From assembly GCF_035594765.1 (NCBI RefSeq), contig NC_085844.1, positions 184,714,107-184,778,106 of the forward strand: a DNA stretch of 64,000 nucleotides, given 5' to 3'. This stretch comes from Anolis carolinensis (Eukaryota). This document shows, one piece after another, positions 1 to 12,403 of this stretch (its first letter is position 1; each line of letters starts with the position of its first letter). The position numbers and the translations under genes are program-made. The notes under the pieces were generated by a model, which worked only from the letters and a program-made list of their open reading frames with translations, was not told the DNA's origin and searched no databases.

Positions 1-609
1 TTGCATTGTCTGATATGATTTTGGCCACCACTCTGGTCAGGAGTGGGAGCGGTGGAAATGCATATAGTAGTTCTGGTACCCACGTGAAGAGGAAGGCGTC
101 TCCTAAGCAGCCTGGGGATGTGTGAGGGCGTATCCGAGTGCAAAACTGAGGACACTGTTTGTTCGTCGGGGAGGCGAAGAGGTCAACCTGAGGAACTCCC
201 CAACGTCTGGTGATGAAGCGAAACTCCCTGTGGTGGAGTTTCCATTTGTGGTTGCTGAGGGGAGTTCTGCTCAGGGAGTATGCTAGGACGTTGTCCTCTC
301 CCGGCAGGTGAATTGCTATGAGAAAGATATTCTTGCGAATGCACCATTCCCAGATTTGTGATGCGATGGAGAGGAGAGTGAGTGAGTGGGTCCCTCCCTG
401 TTTGTTTATGTAGGCTTTCACTGTTGTGTTGTCCGTGACAAGTTGGATGGCCTGGTTTTTGGTAAGGCGGGCGAAGGATTTCAGGGCCTTTTCCACGGCT
501 AGGACCTCCAAGGCGTTGATGTGGAGCTTTTGCTCTTGTGTTGACCAATGGCCATGGGCTGTTAGGTTCTGTAAGTATGTGCCCCAACCTAGTGTTGATG
601 CATCTGTTG

Positions 610-1713
610 TCAGTGAGAGTGAGGGGCGAGGAGAAATGAACGGAAGTCCCGAGCACACATTGGACCTTCTTGTCCACCATGAGAGGGAGTTGAGGACGTC
701 CTGAGGAAGAGATAGGACGATGTTTTGGTGATCTCGGATTGGGTCGAATTTCCAGACGAATCAGTTTTGTAAGGTTCGGAAGCGGAGGCGAGCGTATGGT
801 GTAACCACTGTAGTTGAGGCCATGTGGCTAAGGTTGACTGGATTGTCCGGGCGGACGCTTGTCCATGGTGGCGCAATTCAGAGACCACAGTTCTTAAGTT
901 TCTAAATCTTTCTTCTGGTAGGAAGGCCTTTTGGGATTGCGTGTCTATAAGGGCGCCAATGAAGGTGATACGTTGGGTAGGGGAAAGGTGGGATTTTTCT
1001 CTGTTGACAACGAGACCTAAGGTCTGCAAAAAAGATAAAGTGAAATGAATATCAGATTGCAATTGATCGCGGGATTCCGCTGATAAAAGCCAGTCATCCA
1101 GATACAGAAAAATCATTATGTGGTGTTGGCATAAATGGGCTGCTACTACTGACATGCATTTGGTAAAGACCCTTGGGGCTGTGGAAAGGCCGAAGGGTAG
1201 GACGTTGAATGAGTAACATGAGTCTCCTATTGTAAAGCTGAGAAATCTACGGTGATCTTCCTTAATGGAAATATGGAAATAAGCATCCCTCAAATCAATA
1301 GACGCAAGCCAGGATCCTTTCCCGATAAGGGGAAGGATGGTGGGGAGTGTCACCATGCGGAATTTACATGGTTTGATGTACAGATTAATACAGCGTAAAT
1401 CTAGGATGGGGCGAAGACAGTCACCGCATATGGTTACTAAGAAGTAACGGGAAAAATAACAGGAAGAAACGTGATGAGGAGGGACGGGGGATATTGCCCC
1501 TTTGTCAAGTAAGGAAGTTATTTCTTCAAGGAGGGGGTCTGAGGGGGAAGTGGCAGAGATGTGTCCCACGGATGGCAGGGAAAGGAATTCTATAGCATAG
1601 GCTCTTTCTATAATGTTTAGCACCCAGGCATCTGATGTGATCTGTTGCCACTGTCCAAGGTATGGAGAGAGTCTATCAACGTAAGTGTGGGTGGTAAGGG
1701 GGGGGGGGGACAC
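610..1713 (-). pseudogene. DIRS reverse transcriptase ORF (frameshifted before RNase H)
   Basis: 367-aa ORF with RT motifs including YLDD. The RNase H and MT motifs continue in other frames to position 1. Confidence 0.9.
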
Positions 1714-1766
1714 ATAGTTTGAACTGGAAAGGAGTGAGTGGTAGTAGGGGGGAGGGGCTAAAAGCG

Positions 1767-3870
1767 CTATCTCCTATTGTCTGGAGGTTTTGTTCTGTGG
1801 TACTGACCCTTCGTGAAGAGGGGTGGTCTGCGGTTGCCTGTTGAGGCAGGTTGCTGGCGTTGTCTTCCTCGAAAGGGCAGGGGACTGTAGTGGCCCCAGA
1901 AGTATTGTGGTTCATAAGGCCATCGCTGATGCTGGGAGGGGTAGGATTGGTATTGATGTTGTCCATACTTGTTGATGGTTTGTTTCATTTTATGAGAATG
2001 TTCGAGTTGGGAGTCTGTTTCCGGGTTGAAAAGTCCCGCTTCTGTCCATTGGTAAGTCTTCAATGAGGGAGCGAGCGGAGGGAGACAAGATGGTGGCTCG
2101 GAGCCATGCGTGTCTTCATAGGGCCTGCAAGGAGTTTTCCCGATGCGTCGGCAGTATTCTTTGCTAGGTCCTTTTGCAAGGCCGTGAGAGATAATGCTTC
2201 TTGTTGAAAGGCTTTGGCAAGGGTTTGTTGGTGAAGGGAAAGAGAATCAAGGAAGGATTCCATTTTGTTCCAGAGAAATTTTTGGTATACACTCATGTAT
2301 ACCCCACAGTGAGCCATACGGGTGAAGAGGCAGGCTGAAGCGTAGAACTTTTTGGCCATTGCATCAAGTTTCTTACCCTCTCTGTCTGAGGGTGTAAGCT
2401 GTGCCCTTTGAGTTGGTTTAGGTTGGGCATCTGTAACAACTGAGTTGGCCTTAGGCATTTTTGCAAGCCAAGAGGCTGTAGAAAGGTCAACCTTATAAAG
2501 GTTTTCGGCTCGTTTTGGGGTGGCTGGTACCAATGATGGAGCCATCCCCACAGTTTTAATAACTTGTAGTAAGTATGGGAGGGTTGGGAGGGCCGTGGAT
2601 GATGGGGCTTGTTGTTCAGAGGAGGAAAAGCAGGGATCTTCCACAACATTGGATGGTTTGGGAGTGGGTAGGTTAAGGGCTTTTGAGAGTCTGATGAGGA
2701 GAGCTGAGAAATTTCTAAAGTCCTCTGCCTGTTGGGGGTCTTGATCTATTTCGGTCTGAGGGGGTGCCAGTGAAGGGGTATCTCCCTCAGATACATTTAA
2801 ATCCCTGTCTTGTAGTGTGTCAGGGATGAGAGTTGTTTGAATGTGAGCTAGCTCCCTTCCTTGCTCAGGCAGATTCGATTCAGTTGCCTGGGAGGGGATG
2901 GAAGGTAGATGAGTGGGAGGCAATGCCTGTACTGTGGCTTCTGGTCGGGAGGCTGAGGCAGAAGGAGGCTGCTTGGGCACTGGAGGAGGTAGTTGGTATT
3001 GGTTTGGGTAAAAATCATAATAACAAGGAGCCCCATAGGTGAAGGGGGGTGGAGGGGGATAGGGATAAAAGAAATCAGCGTAGTAAGGGCGGTTACGGCC
3101 AGGGGAAAAAGATCTGGAGTAGGAGGATACTCTGGATGGGCTCCTAGAGTGTGAGGCCCTAGATTCGAGGAAGGGGAAGCCCACGGTATCGAGCAGCTCC
3201 TCCTGGAAGCTTTGCCTGTCTGGGGTTGAGTGAGGAGGAGGAGAATGCCGCGTCTTGTGTGGGGGAGGGTTCCGCAATTTGGCCGAGTTCATCAGGGGTA
3301 GCTTTGCTGCTTGCTTCAGTGAGAGGCTGCAAAAAGTTAACTGGAGACAAGTGGGGAGGAGTCTCCTGCGGAGAGGGCAGGTTCGGAGAGCCTCGATCCC
3401 GAGGTGTGCTTTCTCCAGCCCGGTCTTGTGGCGGGGGACTCAAGGGCTCTTCACCAGTGAGTTGCCTTCCTTTCCTGGGCTTCTTATGGCCCCCTTTGCG
3501 CCTGGCCTCTTTGGTTTTGGAAGGTTTAGCCTTTTTGCGCAGCGCTTGAGGCGCTGGATAGTCCCCGGCGTCATTCTCCTCCCTGGCTGGGAGGGAAACC
3601 TGAGTCTGGGCGTAGGAGGGAGGGGGGGAAGGCTCAGGGAGAGCCTGTTTTTGGGTGCGGGTTCCATCCGGCGCCAGGGCTTGTTCATAGAGGACCACCT
3701 TAAGGCAGGCCTCTCTGTTTCGGCGTGCTTGGGGGGCAAAAGAAAGGCAGATTGGACAGGTTTGGGGAACGTGCCCTCCCCCAAGCACAAAAGGCACATG
3801 TTGTGCATGTCTGAATCGGGCAGCTTAGCTCCGCATGAGCTACATTAAAAAAAAAAAAGACACTGCCTGA
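1767..3870 (-). pseudogene. DIRS gag-like ORF1 (N-terminal Cys/His knuckle plus LAP2alpha-like domain), several frameshifts
   Basis: CSSCGAKLPDSDMHNMCLLCLGE/HVPQTCPIC at the N-terminus, split over ORFs 3440..3808 and 3159..3797. ORF 2060..3292 and the off-frame RHAWLR..LIEDLPMD motif resemble vertebrate DIRS gag. Confidence 0.75.
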
Positions 3871-4007
3871 TTCGTGGTCAAGGTCCGGTCCAGAAAGTGG
3901 GGCAGGAGAGGGCAGCAAGTCAAGGGCAGTCCAGAGTCAAAACCGTAAGAAATCCAATAGAGAGGAGTACTAAAGGTTCCTACTGTCTGCTGTCATGCAG
4001 AAAGAAG

Positions 4008-4066
4008 AACTGAGGCTTAGCCCCACCCACGGCTATATATATATTACATGGGGAGAGTGGGCGGGG
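4008..4066 (-). promoter_or_regulatory. Putative Pol II core promoter of the DIRS element
   Basis: GC box (~4058-4066), TATATATA (4034-4043) and an Inr-like TCAGTT (4008-4013) about 25-30 nt downstream on the minus strand. Confidence 0.55.
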
Positions 4067-6258
4067 CTCCCACCAATCTCTTTCACTTTTAAGCTTCTAG
4101 AAGGTTCCAAACTCTGCGCAGGCACACTGGGGAAACCCATATGTGTGCATTTCACAGACAACACGCAGAAGAAACTTAAGTATCATTCAACCCTATCAGC
4201 TAACAAATTTTGAAATTTTACAGTGCTCCCATGTCTGCACAATACTAACTGGTTCATTCTCAACACTGCAGATGATAATGTTCAGCTTCACACAGTGGCA
4301 ATTCAAGGAATATATTGGATCAAGTAGGTAAACAAGCTTGTTAAAGCTCCAACAAACAGTCTGAGCAGGAAAGTAATTCATTCTGATCCTCAGAATAGTT
4401 ACCTATTTATTAGTTTCACCATGGGAGGGGGCCTTAAAAGCCATTTGCCAACTATTCCAAAGGGAATGCTTCAACACCTTTTGGTATGGCATATCTGCAA
4501 AATGTCACCGAACCCCATTTTCAGAATCTTGGGGTTACAAACAAGATTTGGTGCTAAATCGTATCCCCACTATTACAGCTCTATCCATTCTGAAGAGCTG
4601 GAAAACCCTCAAAAGCAGATGGCTAGGAGGGGGGGGGGGAGCATTTTGTTGCAGGTATATAAAGACACATGGCAAAGAAAATCTTATTTCCTGAATTCAC
4701 AGCTGGAGCTTCTTCCTTTAATGGATGTACTCAGTTGGAACCTAGTCTCTGCTACTGAGCACCAAAACCAGAACAGGGTGTCTCATTCAAAACATTAGTA
4801 CAGGTGTCTCAGGTCAGCAGAGTTTGGGCGATACATCCCTGGGAAGGACCGAGAAAATGCCCCCATTATTTACACATAATGCAGGAGGTGCCTTTCCTTC
4901 TTGATAGAAGAATCTCTTTTACTATTTGTCTTCATTCCTGAAAGATGCTGGCTTAGATTCATGTGAAGGAATGCTGTATCTTCCCAGAAATTGGCAAGGA
5001 TTTTAATGTATTGTTTTCTAAGAGGCGTGTCCTCCATTTTGATTAATGTACATTTCTGTAGCAAAATATATTAAGAGCATTGTTCACCTGTAATTACAGT
5101 GGGTGGCTTATTTTGGCAATATGCCCTAGCTCCTGGTTGCCAAGTTATGAATAATGCAGCGTTCCATGGCCTAATTTCCATGTTCTCCGTTGAAAATTTG
5201 GAAAAGGTTGCATGCAAGGGTGCGTGCCTGCAAAGCAGAGGCCCTCTGTGTCGCAAATGCCTCTATTTTATACTTGCTTGCACAACTTGTTAATGCCACC
5301 AGCTGCTTGCCAAGTTTGGAGTTATCTGTTGACTAATTTAATCTCCATTCAAAGCAAAAGTGCTGTGTTGCTCTAGTCCGCAGAGGAATCATTCTTCGTA
5401 CACTTGCATGCTCTATTACAGTGGCACGGAAGGAAAGCTTCCTGCCACAAGAAGGCATTCTAAGCTGCATTTAGCAAGGATCTAGTAAAGATTCCCCAAA
5501 GAATTTCTCTACAGAAGAATTCATTATGCTGCTTTCACATCCCCATTCCCCTGCTGACAGGGAACACAAGAATATCGCTGTAGAAGCACAGATCGAGCAC
5601 AGGAGTTGGCATTTGGCCTCTGCTGTCTTCTGGATTCAGAAGCCTGGCCCGATCAAACAGATGGCACCATCGATCAATGGAAACAGTAAGGAGCCTCCAA
5701 GTCAGCATGATTACAGGCATCTGTGGGGTCGTGGAGCTGGCTTGGCTACTGGGGAGCATTTTTATTCATTTTAGAAAGAGGACAGGGAAGGTTGAGCTTG
5801 CACTAAAATTCTAAGTGCATAATTTGAAAAACTGTGCTCCAACACAATGGCTGGGAAACAGCCAAACTTGGCAAGTATCTGGTGATGAGAAGAGCTAATC
5901 CTCATGCAGTTGGAGCAGGAATGATAGGGTATTTTTAATATGATATTTTTAATCCCCTTTTCTGTTTTTTAAAAATAGGGGAGACATGTATTGTACTACT
6001 GGAAATTATTCAGAGACTAAATAATGGGCATGCTCACAAAATAATTAGGGGCTGTGTTGGGCCAGGAGAGTAGACTTGCTAATGCCTACGGTTAAAAAAA
6101 AAAGTTACAGTACACAAACTTCTGCAGTTGAATGTTGTACAACAAGGCAGTATTTGGCTGCTAAAATATTAACTCTATATTTTTAAAGTGAAAAGCAGCA
6201 CAGGAGCTGGGGTGCAGTGAAGACTTATGCTACGTACCATTAGTAAAGACTAATGCTT

Positions 6259-6500
6259 CAGGGGCGAGGAACCTGCAGCCTCAAGGCCACATGTGAACTT
6301 TTTGGTTCTGAAGTGTGGTCTTTTGACTTTAAAATTAACAAATAGTTTTCATTTTTTGAAATTATTAAGTACATGGTAGCTATATTTTACAAAATAATGT
6401 ACATTTTAAGTATATCTCATAGCAGTTTCTTGAATGTGGCCTTATTTGATTACAGCTAAATTAATGTGGCCTTCCAACATGAAAAAATTCCCCACCCCAG
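6259..6500. mobile_element. Old hAT-type MITE
   Basis: CAGGGG...CCCCAG degenerate terminal inverted repeats with internal TGTGGCC motifs; no TSD recognisable. Confidence 0.4.
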
Positions 6501-9299
6501 TTCAAAACATTCATAAAGTTGATTTTTTAAAAAAAGATTAACAACAGGCCACAGCCTGTTACTTCTGATGGCAAAAATTGTGCCACAGAGGAGAATAGGA
6601 ATGCAAAAGCCCAAGGCTTTCTAAAGTATTGTCTTGTCGTGATAAACTAGAGAGAATCCTACCCTTCTCATGTGTAACAGTGGGCAGAAGAGAGGAAAAA
6701 GAGATGGAAAAGCAGGAAGCTGCGACACAAGAGGTGTCAACAAGTCAAAATATTATTGACCACTTTTTCTCCATTTGTTTAAGCTACATTACTTGCCTAG
6801 GATAATACAGGCTCAGAGAGATGCAGAGAAATACACTCAGGTGCATCATTTAACCATGGTTTAGTGTTATGTGTAAAATGGTCAAGATTTTGTATTCTGC
6901 CCACTGGAATGATCAGAAGACTGGATGCATCAATTCTTGTTTGCCTTCATTTAAATGAAGACAAACTGTTTTTTCTATTAAAAAAAGTTTTGGCCCACAA
7001 ATCCAGAATTGCACTATATTGTGTCTTGGGTCAGACAAAATACATCTGCATGGACCCATTGGAAGAAGGAAAGGGAAGGATGTAAGGAACATTAAGTTGA
7101 GGTTTAACTGGTACATCCAAACCAGGTGCTAGTAATAGAGAGTGCTGTTGTATCTTACGGGCGAGGCATACAATTGGTCACAGAATGCTGACCTAGATAA
7201 GCCTTTACTCTGTTTTACAACAGCTCTTATGTTCTTAATATACATTGGCTTCCACGTATCACAAAATGCAAGAAAGTGATTCATATACTTACCTGATCTC
7301 CTTTATATAGTATTTAATGTATCTAAAGGTCTTCCCCTACAACGACATATGCAGGCTGTCTAATTGGTATTGCTACTTGAAGTACTGTGCATTTTTGGCG
7401 AACACTGATTCATTATCTTCCTATGCTGCTACAATATTTAACACCTCAAAATCGTATTTGGAAGTTCCTGTTGCTGGACACGATTTGCACCACAGAAAAT
7501 ACACTTGCTCCAAAGAGCTTCTACTCAATCTTACAACTGAGTAAAACTTCAGAAATGCCCCAAATTCTAAATGAAGAATTTGTAATTGGGTTTGCTTTAA
7601 AGGCAGTGTCCAGTTTTATAGTCAGCTTTTACTCCTGAACAGACACAGTTCAGGCTCTTTGGGCTCAAATGAGTTCTTCAGGAGGAACCAGTTGTATTTT
7701 CTAAGCTCTATTTCCCCTCACATGTGGGCTAACTCCAATATTTCACAGAGAATCATCATCTATCTAACTGAAATACTCTCTAACGGCCCATCAGCCTTGC
7801 CTTCTCTTTCAAATAGCCCAGCTGAGCACTGCACAGACTGTGATTTTTTTTTCCTTTCTAAGATGTCTTACTCACTCCATAAGCTCAAGACTGACAGTCG
7901 AATTTCACACTGTGATAGCCCCCCATCGATTTTTCACTTGCAAGGAGCAACTCTACAAATTAAAGTTAACAGTATTGTGGAAACTTTGAAATAACTGAGA
8001 AAAGGGACAGAAAGATACCTGGACTATATCATCCTTACAAAAAAAATCAACGTATTGGGAAGGAGGAACCTGAAGGCTAGTGGCATTCCACACAATTAAA
8101 AACCTATTTCAAAGAGGGTTCCTTTGAATGAAAAAGATTCTTTTGAGGTCCAGAACATGGCAGATTACTGCTACAGGAAAGAAACAGGCTTTTGGTTTTT
8201 TTTTTTTTTAACTCAGTGAAACTCAATGAGAATTTTTGCAATTTAGTGGGGCAATCTAGAATTTTTTGGCCTCCACAACAACAATAAAATAAAAATTCCA
8301 CAAAATAGTATGGGATAGGACCTGGGAAAAGCCCATGCACAACTCTCTGACAGAGGTCTCCTGAAACTGCTTTAACCATAAAAGTTTGTTACCAGACACC
8401 TGTCACCTAAGCTTTTAGTATCAGTGGAACATACATTTAGGGACATTATGGAGCCATAGTGTATGTGAAAGTAATCATAGCTACAATGAGTCTGCTAGGA
8501 GTAGAGAGGCAGATGATACAGTTCCAAGGCTTAGATATGAGATTGAATGGTTATAAATTGGCCACATAGAAGAGATGAGCATTAAGGTATCCAAAGTACT
8601 CTCCATTTCGGATTAAAAGGAACCTCTAAGCTTACCACTATTACGCACTTCTCTCCTCTGCTTAACCTCCTTTTCTGTGAACTGGAAGGTAGGGGAACAT
8701 TTGGCTCTTCAGGTGTTGAACTATCCTCATATCATTGGCTAGTTTGACTAAAGCTGATGGGAACTGGAGTTTAATACCCGGGAAGCCACATATCCCTCAG
8801 TGCTGCTATAACCCCTACTTATTGGTAAGGCCAATGATAGTATTGGTGCTCTAGTCACAGATAGAAGAATATATCAGTGTATCTAAGGCTTTATGATATT
8901 AGGGACTGGCAATTATTATTTCCACTCTGCTCTGTGACCATCACTGGTGTCAGGACTACCACTCTGAGTAGCATTGCTTTACATGACAGTGACAAAAGGC
9001 CCCAGTAGCCCTTGAGAAATGCAAGGGCTAATAATACTATAGTGAGCCTTCTGCTCTACTGCTGTAGAAAATACTGTAAGAATGAGTAAGAGAGACTCTA
9101 CTCCTTGAGGCTGAAGTGCTGTTGCTGTTTCATCCAATAAACTGAATTTAGAAAGAAAAGTTGAGAGGGAGGTTAGGTTTTATTCAGAATAAAATAGTCT
9201 TTGGTTTGGTAGAAATTCATTAACTTATTTTCAAAGCAGTGCTAATGCAAGATGTTTGGCTTGTCACTAACCTCAAAAAATCATTTAGCCAAGTTATTA

Positions 9300-9482
9300 G
9301 CCCTCTTTAAGGTTATGTGTATAAAGTTACATGAAGTACAAGCAAATGTAGTCATTCTAATTTGGTGCCATCTCCAAGATATCTCATTATGTATATGCAA
9401 ATATTCCAAACTCTGAAAAAAAATCTAAACATGGAACATCTCTGGTTCCAAGCCATTTGGATGAGTGATATTCAACCTGTAT
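9300..9482 (+). mobile_element. MER2/Tigger-like (TcMar) DNA transposon end
   Basis: ccatctccaagatatctcattatgtatatgcaaatattccaaa...gatattcaacctgTA resembles the MER2-type terminus; related sequence at 60080-60233. Confidence 0.6.
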
Positions 9483-12403
9483 ATAGAATCCTGGCTAACA
9501 GCGCCTGACAATCACACACTAAACAGAAAATTGAAGTAGATCAGAAGTACTTATGCTAGTAGTAAATATTTATTTTTGGCATATTTCTGCTTTTTTCTTT
9601 ATTTTACCCAATTAATCCCAATGCATGTATTGGAAATGCTTTTATTTATGGAGATGGGATGACTAAATTTCTATTAATTGATTTTTTCTCCCACTAAATA
9701 TTATATATATTAACTGTATTTTAATCTAAATCCACATTGTATAGTTTTTATTTTTTTTTTAGCTTGGTTTGAAATTGTGACAAAATGGGGGATTGTTAGC
9801 CGCCTTGAGTCCCCAAGGGAAGATAAATAAAGTAAGCAAACAAGCAAACACAAAGAAATCTAATTTTGTTCATGGATACTAATCAGTAACAACATTTAAA
9901 AGATCTATGACTCCCTGAAAACACATTTTGTACACTTCACGCTTCTACAGAGGTTTACACGGTAACTAGGATAGCTAAGCATGGAAAATATATTCTCATT
10001 CCATCCCTTTTATCCATATTTCATGACAAAGTACAAATAATATTTGAAACAAAATAATTACAGAACACTTAGAGCTATATTTGCTTAGAGCTATATAGTT
10101 TATTATGTATGTTACATCAGTATTTCCTACATATGGAGGTTTACTGAACCCTGGCAAAGCACATAAATGTCTCAGGTTGAGTATTATGAATGGTCAACCG
10201 AGGCCATAAAATTGACTTTAAATAAGAATGTTTACGAAAACAGATGGCAGAGACTTGCGATTTACTCTTTCACAAATGGAACATCACCCTATTGTATGTC
10301 TTTTCTTTTCTGATTGTTCAAGATATCCACATGCAAGTGTATGGTTTTCCAGATGCTGCTGGACTGCAACTCCTACTAGCCACAGTAAAGATGAATGGAT
10401 GGTGGAAGCTCTACTCCACCAACATCCACAGTTAAATATTCCCCATTCCTGGACTGAATCAATTAGCCGTTTCAAGCAGCACATACAGCAGCTCCCCTAC
10501 CTTGAACAACTTGATCTCCTCCTTGGAGTAGAGGGAAGTAATGCATTTCTTGGTTGGCTCCTTCTATCAAAAGAATGGAAGCCATCAGGAACTTGTTAGA
10601 AATGTACATGTATCTGAGCAGACAGCTATCTGGGCTGAAATGACCTCCTGCAGTCATTCCACATTCAATAAGGATGGCGATGTGATTTGATGTTCTTAAG
10701 TGAAATTATAGAAGCTAGAAGCTTCCTGTACTTTAAGAAGTTTAATTCTGCTTCAGAAATTCTATATTGCATTACTGTCCAGGATATTCTCAGCTTTAAC
10801 ATTTGGAATAGATTTAAGAAATGCTTCATATGTGCACGCACGTGTGTTTGTGCATACACATATACATGCACTGACCTCTCTCCTCTAAAACCCTCTTCTA
10901 AACCAAATAAGCACCTTGCCCAATCAACCATGAGCAGCATGAAGACTTATATAAAGAAGATAATTATAAAGGGATTTAATGCTTGGCAAGCGCAAATTGC
11001 TAAGGCTCATGACAAAGGTGGTGCACACACTTGCTTAACTGGCCTGGTGCCCTGGCTTTGCTCTTATGTAAGCAGCGCAGTCAGAGCCGCATCCCAAATG
11101 AGATTTGTTTTATGGAAAAGAAAAGTGTGTCCCTTTGCTCCTGGGAATGGCAGCCAGAGTCCCACCTCCCTCTAGTTTTGCTCCATCCTGATTAATGATC
11201 TTGTCTGCCTGATTTATGACTCACCCTGACAGATTAGAGTTTCCCCTTCAACCGCCCCCCTTTCCCCCCACAACCTCGGAAGACACAGCCACACTCGGCT
11301 GGAAATATTAAAGAATTATTAAATAAACATTCATACGTCATGTCTCTTCCCATCCTGAGCTCATCCTAGTCAACACTCGGCAGCCCCGGCCTGTTTGCTT
11401 TTCATGCTGACAACAAACAGCTGGAGTGATTCATGGAGAGGCTGGCTACAATGTTTCATGTCATATATCATGCTAGCAGGGCTCCCTGCCCCAACAGAGA
11501 TAAACTGATCAAGCACAACGGACTGGAATGAATTTATGACAACACAAAATTGAGGAAAACAAATGGGAGGTGACCCAGTGGGGCACTAACCCAGACTCTT
11601 TCCATGGCCTGCAATCTAGTTTGGTGGCAGAAAGCAAAATTGAACATTGGCACTGTGAATTAAGAGGCTGGCTTCTTAACCCCAGAAAGCCTTGATTTCA
11701 AGATGGCACAGACTACATGGCTTACGCCTTCAGGAAGAAAAAGTGAGGGAGCGTAGTTTCTGCAGCCAGCAGACAGGTGGGCTCATACAGCTGAGCACAG
11801 CTGTTAAGATTCAGGGACCAGTACCACATAAAGAGAAGGGCCAAAAGTGAAAGGTAAGGTTGATGAAGCCACAGGCATTGACAAAAAGAAAATATCATAC
11901 CAAGCCTTCATTTACTTTCTAAAGCTGTCAGAAAGGGGGAGAGAGAGACTGTTTCAAGGAAGGAACTGTTTCAGGCCATAGAACAAAACACAATGCATTT
12001 CAGTTCCAAAGTGGAAGGTCTATGGCAGAGATTCCAAGCTGAAGTTCAAGAGTCTTGAACACTGCTCTCACTAAAGTTCAGTTTTCAAGAACTACAGCTC
12101 TAGCTAATTCCAGTAGTTTGCTTGTGCATTACTTCCCTGCACTCATATTGAAGAAAATAAATCTCCATGGTATGGCACCATGAATAGATTCAGTCTCTGA
12201 CATGTGCAGATAGTGCTGATAAAGGTCTCTACCTGAAACCATAAAGAATCATCATAGGTCAGCACAGACAACTAACCTAGCTGGACAAATGGGCTGACTA
12301 ATTAAGACTTTTTGTTTCATACCAAAATTTTATTTCTGGCTTCCTACTCTACCCTTGTAGTCATTGCAAACTGACAAGATCTGTGTGCTGGACTGTCTGA
12401 GCC

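Larger units (their letters stand above)
1..4175 (-). mobile_element. DIRS1-like (tyrosine-recombinase) retrotransposon, 5' part; continues past the left window edge; degenerate
   Basis: Minus-strand order: leader; gag-like ORF; RT (DLRDAYFHI, LPFGLSTAPRVFTK, YLDDWLL); DIRS-type RNase H (LTTDASTLGWG, HINALEVLAV, YINKQGGTHS); methyltransferase-like block (VDLFASPTNKQC...LLYAFPPLPLL at 1-190). The recombinase would lie beyond position 1. Right boundary is approximate. Confidence 0.9.

Noticed and set aside
426-3848. Plus-strand and alternative-frame ORFs over the DIRS element (similarly over CR1, L2 and RTE-X)
   Set aside because: Shadow ORFs of GC-rich TE coding sequence, without independent motifs.
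10228-11175. ORFs 10228..10599 and 10687..11175 as possible nested genes
   Set aside because: No recognisable domain, splice context or promoter; lengths compatible with chance.
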